From NCBI GenBank assembly GCA_964016885.1, contig OZ024743.1, positions 121,396,001 through 121,460,000 on the forward strand: a stretch of 64,000 bases of DNA. The letters run 5' to 3'. This DNA is from Eledone cirrhosa (taxonomy: Eukaryota). Of the stretch, positions 13,812 through 29,577 are shown in pieces (the first letter of the stretch is position 1; every line of letters starts with the position of its first letter). Both the position numbers and the translations under genes were made by a program. The notes under the pieces are model-generated. The model ran no database searches. It saw only the letters and a list, made by a program, of their open reading frames with translations, and was not told the origin of the DNA.

Positions 13812-13913
13812 GGAAAAAATGAAACGAAATTTCATTTCCCACTCTTAGTACGGCTGTTACTTAAATATAAGTATGTACACGTTCATACATATATGCATAC
13901 AGACGTACAGTAG

Positions 13914-13985
<72 letters not shown>

Positions 13986-14387
13986 CATGCACACATATAT
14001 ATATGCACGTATGGATTCACCGAACATTTATTATAATGCTCGGTGTGTTTGTAAACAAACATCCCGTATTAAGCCGTACAATGTCTAGCAACCATCGTTA
14101 CTCGTTTGTTCAACACTGACAAAGGAACGCTGTACTAGTTTCAAGCTTATTAGCTATCGTCAGCAACGTATACCTTCCTGCCAGATTGTTGAACGTATAT
14201 ACCTACCTTATGCATATTAACGGCTGAGTAGCCCAATTTGCATATCGAGTGGGTTAATCGGCCGGGTGCACCGAAAACGATAAACGGAAAAAATGAAACG
14301 AAATTTCATTTCTCACTCTTAGTACGGCTGTTACTTAAATATAAGTATGTACACGTACATACATATATGTATACAGACGTACAGTAG

Positions 14388-14422
<35 letters not shown>

Positions 14423-14480
14423 GCAAACATATATATATGCACGTATGGATTCACCGAACATTTATTATAATACTCGGTGT
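13807..14480 (-). mobile_element. Partial-tandem non-coding element (~475-bp unit) carrying a hammerhead ribozyme; PLE pLTR- or retrozyme-like
   Basis: 13807-14047 is repeated at 14281-14480; flanked by (TA)n; HHR at 14127-14169. Confidence 0.65.
14127..14169 (-). ncRNA. Minimal type I hammerhead ribozyme
   Basis: Minus strand: ACGTTG CTGACGA tAGCTaataAGCTt GAAAC TA GTA CAGCGT; stem I 6 bp, intact core, palindromic stem III ACTAGT, GUA cleavage triplet. Confidence 0.75.
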
Positions 14481-14493
14481 GTATATATATATA

Positions 14494-14700
14494 TATTGGT
14501 AAATTCGGGGAGGGTCATATCGTTATATTATTATATTGCCAGAAATAATAATACATCACACTCACTGTTTGGTTTGGATTGGATTTTGCTTCTGTATATT
14601 TTATATACCTATGGTTAATTTAGCTGTCAATACAACGGGAGGAAACATAATAGTACCACTGATGATGTTACAGGTGTGTGATGAAAGAACTTTGATAGAC

Positions 14701-14763
<63 letters not shown>

Positions 14764-15547
14764 GAAGAAACAAGAGAGATGACCACTAATATAAACATAT
14801 ATGTGTTCGAATCGTAAGAACCAAATATGCTAGGGTGAAAAATTACTAACTACTAACAGCAATATGGTTTGTTATCCTTAACTTTAAATATTAAATTAAG
14901 AAAAATTAAGAAAAATAACAGACCTATATTGGGCAAACGCCTGGTAACAACTAGACAGTGTTGGAGACTGTTAAGCAACATCTTATTAAGTGGTTTTCGC
15001 GTTTCTCTGCTCCTCGGTAGTTGTTGAGAAATTAGTAATCCTTTCACTTCTAAAAATATTAGAGAATGAATTGTGTGCGATATGAATACTGTCTAGTTGT
15101 TACCAGGCGTTTTGCCCAATATAGGTCTGTTATTTTTCTTTATTTTTCTTAATTTAATATTTAAAGTTAAGGATAACAAACCATATTGCTGTAGTTAGTA
15201 TTTTTTCACCCTAGCATATGTGGTCCTTACGATTCGAACACATGTATGTTTATATTAGTGTTCATCTCTCTTGTTTATTCAATTATATTGTACGGCTCAG
15301 AAAAGCTTTTTTCTTAGAGCTATTTAATTGTAAGAGACTACTCTGAGTTCTTAACTCAATATATATATTTATATCTACATTTTTAACTGTTGGTCAATCA
15401 ATGATAAACATTGATTGCCAGCTAAATCAACTATAGGGATATAAAATATACAGAAGCGAAAACCAATCCAAACCAAACAGTCAGTGTGATGTATTATTAT
15501 TTCTGGTAATATAATAATATAATAACAATATGACCCTCCCCAATTTT

Positions 15548-15556
<9 letters not shown>
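14494..15556. repeat. Nested inverted repeats (outer 14494-14630/15410-15556; inner 14757-14960/15087-15288) between (TA)n tracts
   Basis: Reverse-complement match by eye. Confidence 0.9.
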
Positions 15557-15585
<29 letters not shown>

Positions 15586-15592
<7 letters not shown>

Positions 15593-15745
15593 AAAATGTT
15601 CAAAACCCCCCCGACGGCAGAGCTCAAGCCGTGTCGACGGCTTGACCTGTGCCGTCGGGGTCTTGAACATTTTCCTATTACCCACTCTACTACCCTAAGT
15701 ATTGAGTACTCTGGTGCGGTATGGTCCACCTGGTTCCTTGCCACA
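15586..15745 (+). mobile_element. Hairpin-headed repeat in (TA)n
   Basis: Hairpin 15586-15679, then ttttcctattacccactctactaccctaagtattgagtactctg shared with ~42165-42210. Confidence 0.7.
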
Positions 15746-15773
15746 CTTCTTTCGTTATATATATATATATTGT

Positions 15774-15806
<33 letters not shown>

Positions 15807-15914
15807 ACCAAAACGTTACTTCTTCGCATTGTTAGTGATGTATTTGTTTGATTGTTTTTTAGTTGCTCTCACAGCAAATAGGGAAAATCATCATTATTAT
15901 TGATGGTGGTGCTA

Positions 15915-16135
15915 GGGTGGTGAACTGGCACTATTGGTCGAGCGTCGGACAACATGCTTTGTTTCATATAGTTATATCCCTTTATGTTCTGAGTTCAAAT
16001 TCCGTCCAGGTTTGCTTTGCTTTTCAGCCTTACGCGGTCGATAAAATAAATACCAGTTACGCAATGGGCTCGATTTCATCCACTTGCCTCTTCCCTTCAA
16101 ATAGCTGGCCTTGTACCAAATGTAGAAACTATTAT
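15915..16135 (+). mobile_element. SINE family A
   Basis: Head, core and tail motifs. Confidence 0.8.
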
Positions 16136-17205
16136 TGATGCTGGTACAGTAGTTTTTGTATATTTCCAAACGCCTCTTCTGACTGAACTTGTTACTATAA
16201 TTATGTGTATGTGTGTGTGCGTGCATGTATGTGAGTGTATCTGTATGTGTATCTTTGTGTGTGTGTAATTTAATTTAGATTTTATGTTTACTCATTGATA
16301 TCATATCTGTGTTTATTCATTGTTATTATATTTGTCTATGTACGGTATATATGAAATAACACTTTCCCATTTACTGCAGTTTTTGTGCTATTTATGTCTA
16401 CTGCAAAGATAGAAAGTTCTGTACAGCATTGACTGCAGTGGCAATAGTCAGATTCGCTATCCATACATAACATAGCCGCCTTCTTCCTTTAATATTTCAT
16501 AGGGAAAAGCAAACAAAGGAAAATTAAATCACTGTTTCAAATATCATTAATAACAACGAAAATGCCTACAACACAAAAAAAAATATATAAAATCTATTTT
16601 GTATGGCAATAATAGTAATAAAAACAGAGATATTAATAATATCGACAACGACAACAGCAATAATAATAGCAGCGTCGTCGGCTGAAACGACTATAGCGGC
16701 GACAATGTCAACGTTGACATCAACGGCAAAGACACAAAAGAAATTAATAGCAGCAAGGAGGAATAATAACAGCTAGGAAAATCATTTCTTTAAGAGTGTG
16801 TGTAGTTAAGGAGAAAGGTTGACCTTGAACTTGCTTTCACAATGATGGCTGAGAAAATGAAAGCGAAAATAGGTCAAGAGAAAGAGTTGGGGAATGGATT
16901 ACACACGCCAAAGACTTTTTTAACAGAGAAAAAGCACAATAACCTATCGTGACCTATCTATTTATTTATGTATTTCATTTGCAAAAGGCCACGTGTTTCT
17001 AGGGGCTGCTTATTCGCTTTACTGTTACATATTTAATTTGCCCAAAGGTGTGGAAAGCATAGTTGGCCCCAGAGGAAACTGAATGCATTAAAAAAAGCAT
17101 TACTAAATATTGCAAAGCATTTTGTGCGGCGCCCTACTGTTTCTGGTACTTCATTATATTTCTGTATATATGTATTTTACTATATGATATGTTTATAAGG
17201 CTAAT

Positions 17206-17252
<47 letters not shown>

Positions 17253-17269
17253 CAGCCTCCTGTTATTTC

Positions 17270-18990
<1,721 letters not shown>

Positions 18991-18993
18991 ACA

Positions 18994-20093
18994 CTATAAT
19001 ATATTGTTTATGATCCTCGTAATGAGAACCGATTCCTCTCTGCCTGGGAGTTTAGCTTCTAAAACTCTTCCGTTAATCAATCTCTCAACAATCAATCTGG
19101 TACCATTGCAAAGACCCATTTTATGATTGATATTTCTAAGCAATATAATCGGCATACCCTTTTTCAACCTCAAAATATGTGGGGGAAATCCGGGTATTTG
19201 AAGTGAATTCAGATACTCAGTCGGAACATCCATATTGTGCTCCATTGCATCCGCACTGACGGTCAACCATTCCTCTCCAGGAAACATTCCGGCTACTTGT
19301 GAATTTATTTCATCGACCGTTGCATTCGTATGAGTTAGAATAACGCGTTCCGATATCCAGGAGATATTCTGCCAAAAAGCATTCAAATTAGGAAACACCC
19401 AGTCAATCAATGCTTGGCGGTCCAGTGGCATGACCAAATGGTCTGGGATTCTTACAGTCTGATTATCACCAACGTGTGGCAATTCATCGTTTCCCAACTG
19501 CATCAACCATCGGCCGTATGTCTCAGCCTCTTCGATTTGCCCGAACATACGAAGTCGCATATTATCGTGTAATCGCAAAACTCTGAAATGGCTCCACAAC
19601 GGGGACTTTTTCAGACATGCTTCAACAATTTGCGCTCTTTGAACATTCCTAACAATTGGTAGCACCTGTCTGAAATCGCCACCAAGAACGATAGTCTTAC
19701 CACCGAATGGCAGGTCACTACAGCAGATATCTCTCAAAGTTCTGTCCAATGCCTCCAGCAAATATCTGTGTGCCATTGGAGCTTCGTCCCAAATAATCAG
19801 AGACGTATTGCGTATAAGGCCCGCGAGTTCACTTTGTCCTGTAATGTTACAGACACTCAACTCATCCGGAGCCAATGGAGCCTTGAAGCTTGAGTAGAAG
19901 GTCCTTCCCTTCCACCACTCAGCAAAGTGGCAGCGATCCCACTGGTGGCCACAGGGAGAGCAATCTTCCTCTGAGCTCTGACTGCCGATAACATAGTGTT
20001 GAAACAGAATGTCTTTCCGGTGCCTGCTGGAGCATCTATGAAATCACAAACTTGCTCATTAGTGGAAATTGAGTGAAGAACGCCATCGACCAC
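18994..20093 (-). pseudogene. Helitron PIF1-family helicase domain (frameshifted, C-terminal motifs missing)
   Basis: FIDAPAGTGKTF, VATSGIAATLL, IIWDEAPM, VLGGDFRQVLP, PIILLRNI...GLCNGTRL. Confidence 0.92.
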
Positions 20094-22026
20094 AATGAGA
20101 TTGGGTCAACATTGGCATACGTTCATCCACAATACGTTGCTGTTCCAGTGGATCAAACTGGAATAGTTCCCTACGATCAAGTGGCAACCGTCTAAGCTGC
20201 AATCTCATGTTCAATGCTAAGACACGTTGCCGCATTTCTTCATCAGGAATTGGCAAATTGAAATCTGTTAAACATTTGAAATGAACTTCAAGCAGTTGCT
20301 CAATATTGAGCAAAACAATAGCTTTCATCAAATTTTCATCATCCACCTGAAGATGATGCCTAAAATCATCAGCCCTAATTCCCCAATGGCGTTCAAATAA
20401 CTTTCTTGGATCGGCAGGATTGCAGAATCCTAGAATTGTGACAAACAACTGCCTTATTTGAGCTGGCATCTGTGTTGTTCCTGCAGCTTCCATGGCGTTA
20501 TTCCATTCAGCGTCATCTTGAAGGAGTCCCAGATGCTGACACACAGCCTGGTATGTTTCATATTCCACGCCATTGATTGTTTTCAAATCAGCGAAGCTCT
20601 GTTTACCTCTCGAAAAATCATTATGTAACAGAATTCGGAGATAAAAGACATCACCAGATGCTGGATGGACATTACAAATCCGTCCAATAGTCATGAATCT
20701 CAACTTTAGTTTTCTATCATTCCATTTCTTTCCCTTCTTATCCCACGTTGTGTCTATTGCCCCCTCCCTGTTGATGCTGATTCTCATGATCATCTAAATG
20801 AACAGACATGTTCCATCCATTTTCACCTTTTTGGAATAAAAGAACATAATGCAATCGATCGTATGCCCTATTTGACTCATTGATTGTCTTGAGACCACCA
20901 TCCCTGCGATTGAGGACGATATCTCTCGATCCAGGCTTATCGTCCATCAACACAGCAACTTCACGAAATCCTTCAGAGGCATTATATCGCCGTTCGTGTT
21001 GATTCTTTGGCACTGCGTCAGCCTTAATCACTAATGTTTGCTGATGAACATTTTGCAGTTCAGCCACCAACATGAAATCCATAACAAAAGTATTGCACTG
21101 TCTAAGCCATGATTACAAATCACGGATCAAATCACTTAACCTTTGCCGTTCAAGTTCAGTTATATGTCCCGGCAACTTCATCCAACCGATCCTGATATCC
21201 TCCTCCGATTCACTATAATCTGGATCGTTAACGTAAATTTGAACGAATCGAGGCCTCTCTCCTGGGATAACTTCTAAATTACCGATACAATGATACAAAC
21301 GGCCTTGAATGACTACATTCGGTTGCCATGCTCCACTCTCAAACATCTCACTAACTCTCTGCAATGCGAAAGCTAATGAATTGTTAATTTGCTGCGAATA
21401 TTTCCGCAATAATCTACCTCGGTCTCCTTGATCACCCCACATACTTAGTATTTTAAACTCCGGTGACTCCTCATCATCCGGCATCGCAGGGGTTCTAGTT
21501 GAACTGCTCCTCTATGAGAGCACATTGTGGTCCACGTCTTTTCGTGCCTCCAAAGCAATGCTCTACAATGTGGATACTCTGCTCGTCCACAAATCTGAAC
21601 ATGACACGGTTGCCATGATCCATTTTTAATATTATTCGTTCACCTTCTAGCCTCTTTACTGGAATGAGGAGCACTTTGGCGACACATTCTCTGAACTTCT
21701 GTATTGCGCTGGCGCTGTTCAGCCAGTTCGTCTTCAACCATCGCAGCACGCCGTTGTTGCTGAATTCTGGCCATCTGCTGATGATGCTCAGCCAGTTCGT
21801 CTTCAACCATGGCTGCACGCCGTCGCTGCTTGGCTCCAGTGTTTCGTTGGTGTTGTTCAGCCAGCTCCTCTTCATTCATGGCGGCACGTCTTCGCCTCTG
21901 AAGTTCGGCGTTCCGATGGCGCTGTTCGGCCCGTTTTTCTTCATTGCTGGCTGCACGCCGTCGCCGCTGTAGTTCACTGTTTGATAAAGTCGAATTGCTT
22001 TTATTATCAGTATTCATTTCTAGCAA
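20059..22026 (-). pseudogene. Helitron RepHel N-terminal and inter-domain regions (frameshifted)
   Basis: TIGRICNVHPASGDVFYLRILL...SFADLKTING..YETYQAVCQHLGLLQDDAEW; YDRLHYVLLFQKGENGW; IQGRLYHCIG...PRFVQIYVND; N-terminal 23-aa repeats. Confidence 0.85.
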
Positions 22027-23607
22027 TTGTCAGAAAATGACACAATAATAAATATAAAAGATGTCCGTCAATGTAAAGAAAGGTCCCTATTTACTCCCTT
22101 CACAACTCTGTGTATGTTAAACTGACATACAGGCACACAGACAGATAAACTGCGTGGCGATTGTGGAACGCCACACACATACACGTATGGAAACGCGCAC
22201 ACGCACGCAAACTTACACACGCACACACTCACACATGTTGATAGTTTTTACTTTCTGTGGAACGCTGCACGCACGCACACACGCATAAACATACGCGCAC
22301 GTACATACACACGCACACATGTTAATAGTTATTGCTTTCCTTCCCCTCTTATTTCCACACACATCAGACATACACATGTCTCTACACTGACACATATACA
22401 TAGTGTATAAAAAATGACAATATTAAATATAAAAGATGTTCGTCAATGTAAAGAAAGATCCCTATTTACTGCCTTCACAACTCTATGTATGTTAGACTGA
22501 CATACAGGCACACAGACAGATAAACTGCGTGGGGATTGTGGAACGCCACACACATACACGCATGGAAACGCGCACACGCATGCAAACGTACACACGCACA
22601 CACTCACACATGTTGATAATTTTTACTTTCTGTGTAACGCTGCACGCACGTACTCACACATAAACATACGTGCACGTACATACACACGCTCACATGTTAA
22701 TAGTTATTGAACACAGCGTTCACACTCTCCCCTCTCACTCCCTCATTGGCATTAATTTCAGTTTGGCGTCGTTGAGATGGACGGAGTCGTTTGAAACCTG
22801 TGAACCAATGATAATCGAGAATTATGACACACGGAATACTGACGTTGTTGAAATTAATAAATAGATATATTGATAAATGCTGAGGCAATTTGGTTTTTGA
22901 GCAGACTTCTTTGACTCCAATGTCAACATTTGAAAATGCAAATAGTTCTGGTCTTCAACTTTCGTTTCAACATTGAAAATACTCAGTTCTTTCATCAAAT
23001 ATGGGTATGTTGTAAACTGTAATGCTACAAACGCCAGGATGACGCTTGTTAAACCTGTCAGTTGTAGAAGAGAAAACACACTGATCTTCACATATAAAAA
23101 TGCTACAAAGCTATATAGGACAGAAGCTAGATTTCCTGTCAGAGGCAGACGACGTCTCTAGACAAATCACATATGCAATGCATATTTGGAAAATATATTG
23201 TTGGAATTCCCAAAAATTCCCAAACCAATAATGTATGTTTTAAGGAATTAAAATTTATTTCAAGGATTGACACTACTAAATGCTTACTTTTATTTTATTT
23301 TTTGAGAAAAAATGTAATTTGCTACATCTGTTCTATGTGATTAAAGTTTACTTAACCTGGAGTTAAAGTCGATATATCTGATTCCTGCTGTGATCTATTG
23401 ATGTGTATGAGCCTCAAACTGAATCAAATTATGGAATCAAGTATTACTCCTTACACTACCACCAGTACTTGTTAATACCATCTATCGAATCCCAATGCGT
23501 ATGCCTTAAAATATTGATTAATTGCTTCTCATTACATTATACAATGTGTATATATGTATTATATGTGTGTATGCATGTATCTGTATGCATATATATATAT
23601 ATCTGTA

Positions 23608-23686
<79 letters not shown>

Positions 23687-24454
23687 GCGTGTATATGTGT
23701 GTATGCATGTCTGTGTATTCGTATGTGTATGTGTGTATGTGTGCCTGTGAGCATAAGGAAAGAAGAGAAAATAAACGAATGACATTCGACTGCCTGTTTC
23801 TGACAATGTAATCGCAACATCATTCAGTAATAGTCAATACATGAATGGCGGAGAAATTGCCGAATGGTTAAGAATTTTGCTTTACAGTCTTGGGGTTCCG
23901 AGCTTTATTCCAGTTTATGACATTCAGGATAAATGTCATTCCCCAAAACCCCGGGTCTACCAAACGTTTTGAGTGAATTCTGATAGGCTGGAACATTTTA
24001 GTTATCTGTCGAATGCATTGTACATGTATCTTAATGTGATTGTAGTGTCATACTGTATCCCACTTAATCTCCGTTAGAATTGCGTTTAAAGTGTGCATAT
24101 CTGTGGAATATCTGTCACTTAAACGCTAGGTTTATAAGAAGGCTCTTCCGTGTGACGCATAACTGAAACACATCATCACTATCACTCGTCGACTACTGTC
24201 GAGATGATGGATCTCACTCTCATGCCCCAGAATTCCCTGTCCCCCATCGCTGCCCCCAGGTCCTGTCTACTGATTCCCGTATCCTTAGAGATAACGTCAG
24301 GGAATGACAGCTTCCTACTCCATCGGAATCTGGCGAAGGTCCACTTATATGTAACCGATATTTACTTCTGCGGTTGGAATGATTGGCGGTTAAGATGAAT
24401 TGATGATAAAGCTACGTATTGCTGAGTTAAGCTATTTTAGTTATTTCTTGTACT

Positions 24455-24690
24455 TACGAGGGTCGGCTGAAAGGCTCATTGGCTGACTATGAAGGAATGA
24501 TGCTAGAGTTGTGAAATCTTGTATGCTTTAATTTCAACTCTTCTTATTAATAACTATATTGTTTCTTTCCAGGGACCATGTTGAAAAATAAACCTTATTT
24601 GATTATTCCATGAGAGTATCTTGATCAGACTCAATAATGTTAATGTGAACACGCTCCACTTGAAGTCATGGTAAATAGCTGTTGATCGAA
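24455..24690 (+). mobile_element. Mariner-type end fragment (MITE-like)
   Basis: Starts TA-cgagggtcggctgaaagg, a typical mariner TIR start; no partner TIR found. Confidence 0.45.
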
Positions 24691-24846
24691 TTGATCCAAC
24701 TTTGTAGACAGGCCATGTCTTTTGTCCATTCGCCACAAAGCAGATGATGATCCTTGATTGGGGTTGTCGGTTTAGAGACCGATGATATTACCATGATTAC
24801 CAGTAGTAAATGCATAATGTGTGTATGTGTGTGTGTTTGAGTGCGT

Positions 24847-24877
<31 letters not shown>

Positions 24878-24878
<1 letters not shown>

Positions 24879-25138
24879 ACGACAGTCGTTCGACAAGCTC
24901 CCAGGCCTCATTCGCTTCACAAGTGGGGTGGAGCTCGTCCAATCGGACCGAGGAAACAATGTTTCCATTGGTCTTCCTAATTGCTAATACTATCTGTCGG
25001 TCGCAACTCCAGGCAGAAGGAGTAACGTGAAATAATGTGTCTTGTTCAAGGAGATAACGCATCACCCTGTCCGGGAATTGAAATGACAACCTCATGATTG
25101 CGAATCCAATTCTCTAACTACTCAGCCACGCGCTTTCA
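24878..25138 (-). mobile_element. tRNA-derived SINE (family B head, different tail); second copy at 38310-38520
   Basis: Reverse complement gcgtggctgagtagttagagaattggattcgcaatc...cttgaacaagacacattatttcacgttactcc. Confidence 0.75.
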
Positions 25139-25142
25139 TATA

Positions 25143-25238
<96 letters not shown>

Positions 25239-25249
25239 GAGAGAGAGTG

Positions 25250-25634
25250 AGTGTAAAAAGGAAAAGGAGGGAGAGTACTTTATTAATATATACGTTTATA
25301 CATATAGAGATGTATGCGCTATTAGGCACGTCCCCCAAAGTAAAAGTGACTTTGTTAAAGTTGGGCATCGAAATACACTTATGTTGATTCAGCATACGCC
25401 CGGATCTGGGGAAAAAGTAGAAATAATTGAAATTACATATAAATAAATATATACAGATATAGATTATTGTGGGTATAATGATGTTCTTTAACTAATAAGT
25501 TATCGGATGTATTTCCATTATCCTAGCTAGAAGGTCTCCGAGCGTCCAAATCTCTCTTCCAAAAGTAGCATATCTGACAAAATACTAAGACTCGTTAGCT
25601 AATTACATTGAGACATATTAACCTGTATCTTTTA
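25250..25634 (-). repeat. Copy of 18425-18790 between (GA)n and (TA)n
   Basis: Direct sequence match. Confidence 0.85.
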
Positions 25635-25635
25635 C

Positions 25636-26451
<816 letters not shown>

Positions 26452-26546
26452 AGTACAAATAGCTATGCAGTTTTAATGTCTGTACCAATGTTGCCAAGAT
26501 ATTTCTGAACTAATCAAGACCATAGATATCACAATATCCTTAATAG

Positions 26547-26742
26547 CAATAATTGTTTCTACTTTTGGCACAAGACCAGCAATTATCCCAGTGTATTACT
26601 GGTACTTTATTTTATCGACCCTGTAAGGATGAAAGGCAAAGTTAAACTCGGCGGGATTTGAACTCAGATCATAAAGGGAGGTAACTCTATGCTTCAAAGC
26701 AAGGCGTCCGACTCTCTACCGATACTGCCAATCCACCGCCCT
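26547..26742 (-). mobile_element. SINE family A
   Basis: Reverse-complement core and tail. Confidence 0.85.
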
Positions 26743-27774
26743 ATCTTTAATAGAAATAATTGTTTCTACTTTAGGCACAAGGCCAATCCACCCCCTTTAT
26801 ATCTTTAATAGAAATAATGATAAGGTGAGATATAGGTACATTCAATAACTTAGTCGTTTTCGTAACCAGCATAAACATAAGAAACATTTCCCGTACTATC
26901 ACAGACAACTATTTCTATGTAATCATAACAAACCTAATATTTGCTCTTTCAACGACATGTCTCTTCCTAAACCGTTAGTCTATCCCGTGAGTGACCATTA
27001 AACGTAAAGCTCTATAAGGCTTATTGAAATTCTTTTTTTAAAAAAGAATACTGCAACATAAATAAATTTAGATAGCCAGTAACGCCTAATCACCTCACTA
27101 CATAAATATTAATATATCTAGAGAGTACAGGAATATATTATAAACAATTATGAAATCGATTAGTCAATTATAGTATCCTACCCGCCACCTATATTTATAC
27201 AAGCTCCAGATATTTTTTTCTCTTAAAGAAATATAGCCCTATATTGCAGTTCTTTGTCAGTTTAACAAAAGTTCGGAATTGGTGAATTCATGAACAGAAT
27301 TCCATTTATATTTATTAAAGAATTGTCAAATACCAACTAACTAAAATAGTTTATTTTGCACGTAATGGATTCTCTATATCATGAAAGATAGTCACATACT
27401 GAAAAAAATTTTCAGTTATGCATCAGCTCTAAGATTGCATTAATAATAGCCACCTTCGTATCTTTTGTGTGTTTTACACTTGATAGTGAAGCCATGAAGA
27501 TATCACATGTTATGTGTATTAATAGATGAATATTTGAAATGCATACACGTTCCACCAACAAATAAAACGAACAATAGCATTAAAAATGAATCAGATATTT
27601 TATTAGTTGCAGTCAGTCGACATCTTAGCGGCAATAATCGGGCGCCGCCGTAAAGAGTTTCGTCGGACGTATATAGTCTAGTATATATTTCAACCTGGGA
27701 TTAATTTTATTTATCCCTATTTGTCGCACCGTTACGTTAGGAGAGAAGCAATAATACATACTTGAAGACACCTA

Positions 27775-28900
27775 CATGTATGTATGTATGTTCTTCTGGT
27801 TTTATAATTTCACAAATTTTTGCCAATAGAGAGAGAGTCGGTTTCTAACGTAGACACAAGTCTCTCTCATTGGAATTTACATATCAACTAGGTAGATATG
27901 TATGTATGCATGCATGTGTAGATATGGATGTTATTGTATGTGTGGATGTGGATGTTTTGAGTTGTATGTGTGCATGTGTATATGCTTTGTATCTGTATAT
28001 GTGTATATGCAGTTATTAGATGAAAAATCTTTGGAATGTTTTACATATTTTTACTGTTCCAAACCTAATATTTGCTCTTGGATTGTACTTGTAATTTCCT
28101 AACTCGTTGTGTTCTTTCTGTTCCTGTAAAGCCTAGCTTCTCAGGATTTTATTGAGGCAATTACTAACATACCCCAGTGCCCCAATAATCACAGGTATAA
28201 ATCTGAAGGTGTAATCAGGGTGGTGTATCTGCAGATTCTTCCACATTGCTGTAGCTTTTAATGTTTATTATCGGGGCTATATTTTTTACGGATTGCATTG
28301 TATGTATTTATGTATGTATGTATGTCTGTTCTTCTGGTTTAATAGTTTCACAATTTTTTGCCAATAGAGAGAGAGAGCCGGTTTCTAACATAGACTGGAA
28401 TTTACACAACGTCAACTAGGTAGATATGTATGCATGTCTACATGCATGCATGTGTGTGCAGGTATGGATGTTATTATAGTGTGGATGTGCATGTTTTGAA
28501 TTGTATGTGTGCATGTGCCTATGCTTTGTATCTGTACAAGTGTATATGCAATTATTACATGCAACATTTCTGAAATGTTTTACCTAATTTTACATCTCCA
28601 TTAATGGATTATACTTGTAATTTCCTAACTAGTTGTGTTCTTTCTGTTTCTGTGAAGTCCACCTTCTAAAGATTTGTATTGATGCAGTTACTAACATATC
28701 CCAGGGCCCCAATAATCACAAGTATAAATCTGAAGGTATAGTCATGGTGGAGTATCAGCAGATTTCTCATTAGTTATGCTTAGATATTCTTCTTTTCGCT
28801 AATTTTTTATATTATATTGGCATCTGCTGGGCAGTTTACTTCCACTACTGTGCATGCCTTCTTTTCCCAGTCCGATATCGTTATATCTGGTCTGTTATGC
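27775..28900 (-). mobile_element. Two 3' fragments of the R4/Dong-type LINE, each ending in (CATA)n
   Basis: Match 35450-36030 in reverse (ttcagatttatacctgtgattattggg; aaaccagaagaacatacatac). Confidence 0.75.
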
Positions 28901-28959
28901 CGGCATTTTATTGGAGTTTTTACTGGAACATTCCACCAAAGTATGTATGTATCTATGTG

Positions 28960-29520
28960 TATGTTCCACTGAAGAAGGTAGGGATGTTCAAGTATCTAGA
29001 GGCCTTTTTCGTGAGTGAAGGAAGGCAAGAAGCTGAATTAAATGCAAGAATTGCAGGAACTGGTGCACTAAAGTGCAAGCTTTAGGATTCGTTCATTAGA
29101 AGATGTGAGGTACGTGCGAAAGCCAAACGTTATTTCAATGAATCTCGATTAATGACAGAAAGAATACGGTCGTGAATAAAAGTAGTCGAAATGAGGTTTC
29201 CTCGAAGAGTCTTTGGGGTAATCTTACTGAGTATCTAATCGATCAGGAAGTCGCTTCAGATAGATCCACTACCTCTGCAAATCGAGACATAACAGCCTCG
29301 ATACTACGGACATGTGGCTAGAATGTCTACAAAAAAAATAGCTGAACAGATTTTACGTGCAAAACCAACCGGCACGAGACCCAGAGTTAGACTACTAGCA
29401 GGGTGTTTGGATAGCATCACTGAATCAGCTAGTTTCGCTTGGGGCTCCAGCTGGATCAATTGGAGACATTTGCTTCTGATAGAACCCTCTGAGAGGCGTG
29501 TCTAAGGACTCGACCCTCCC
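28960..29520 (+). mobile_element. RTE-type LINE 3' fragment
   Basis: FKYL...ELNARIAGTG; MARMSTKKIAEQILRAKPTGTRPR. Confidence 0.75.
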
Positions 29521-29577
29521 GGCAAAATGGTTGGCATTGTGCCTAAATCAGAAATCATTATTATTATTGTTATTATT

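Larger units (their letters stand above)
18994..22865 (-). mobile_element. Helitron, internally deleted and 3'-truncated
   Basis: RepHel pieces in order; putative 5' terminus A|TCTATTTATTAA at 22865; ~375-bp tandem duplication (22033-22705) in the 5' non-coding region. Confidence 0.88.
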
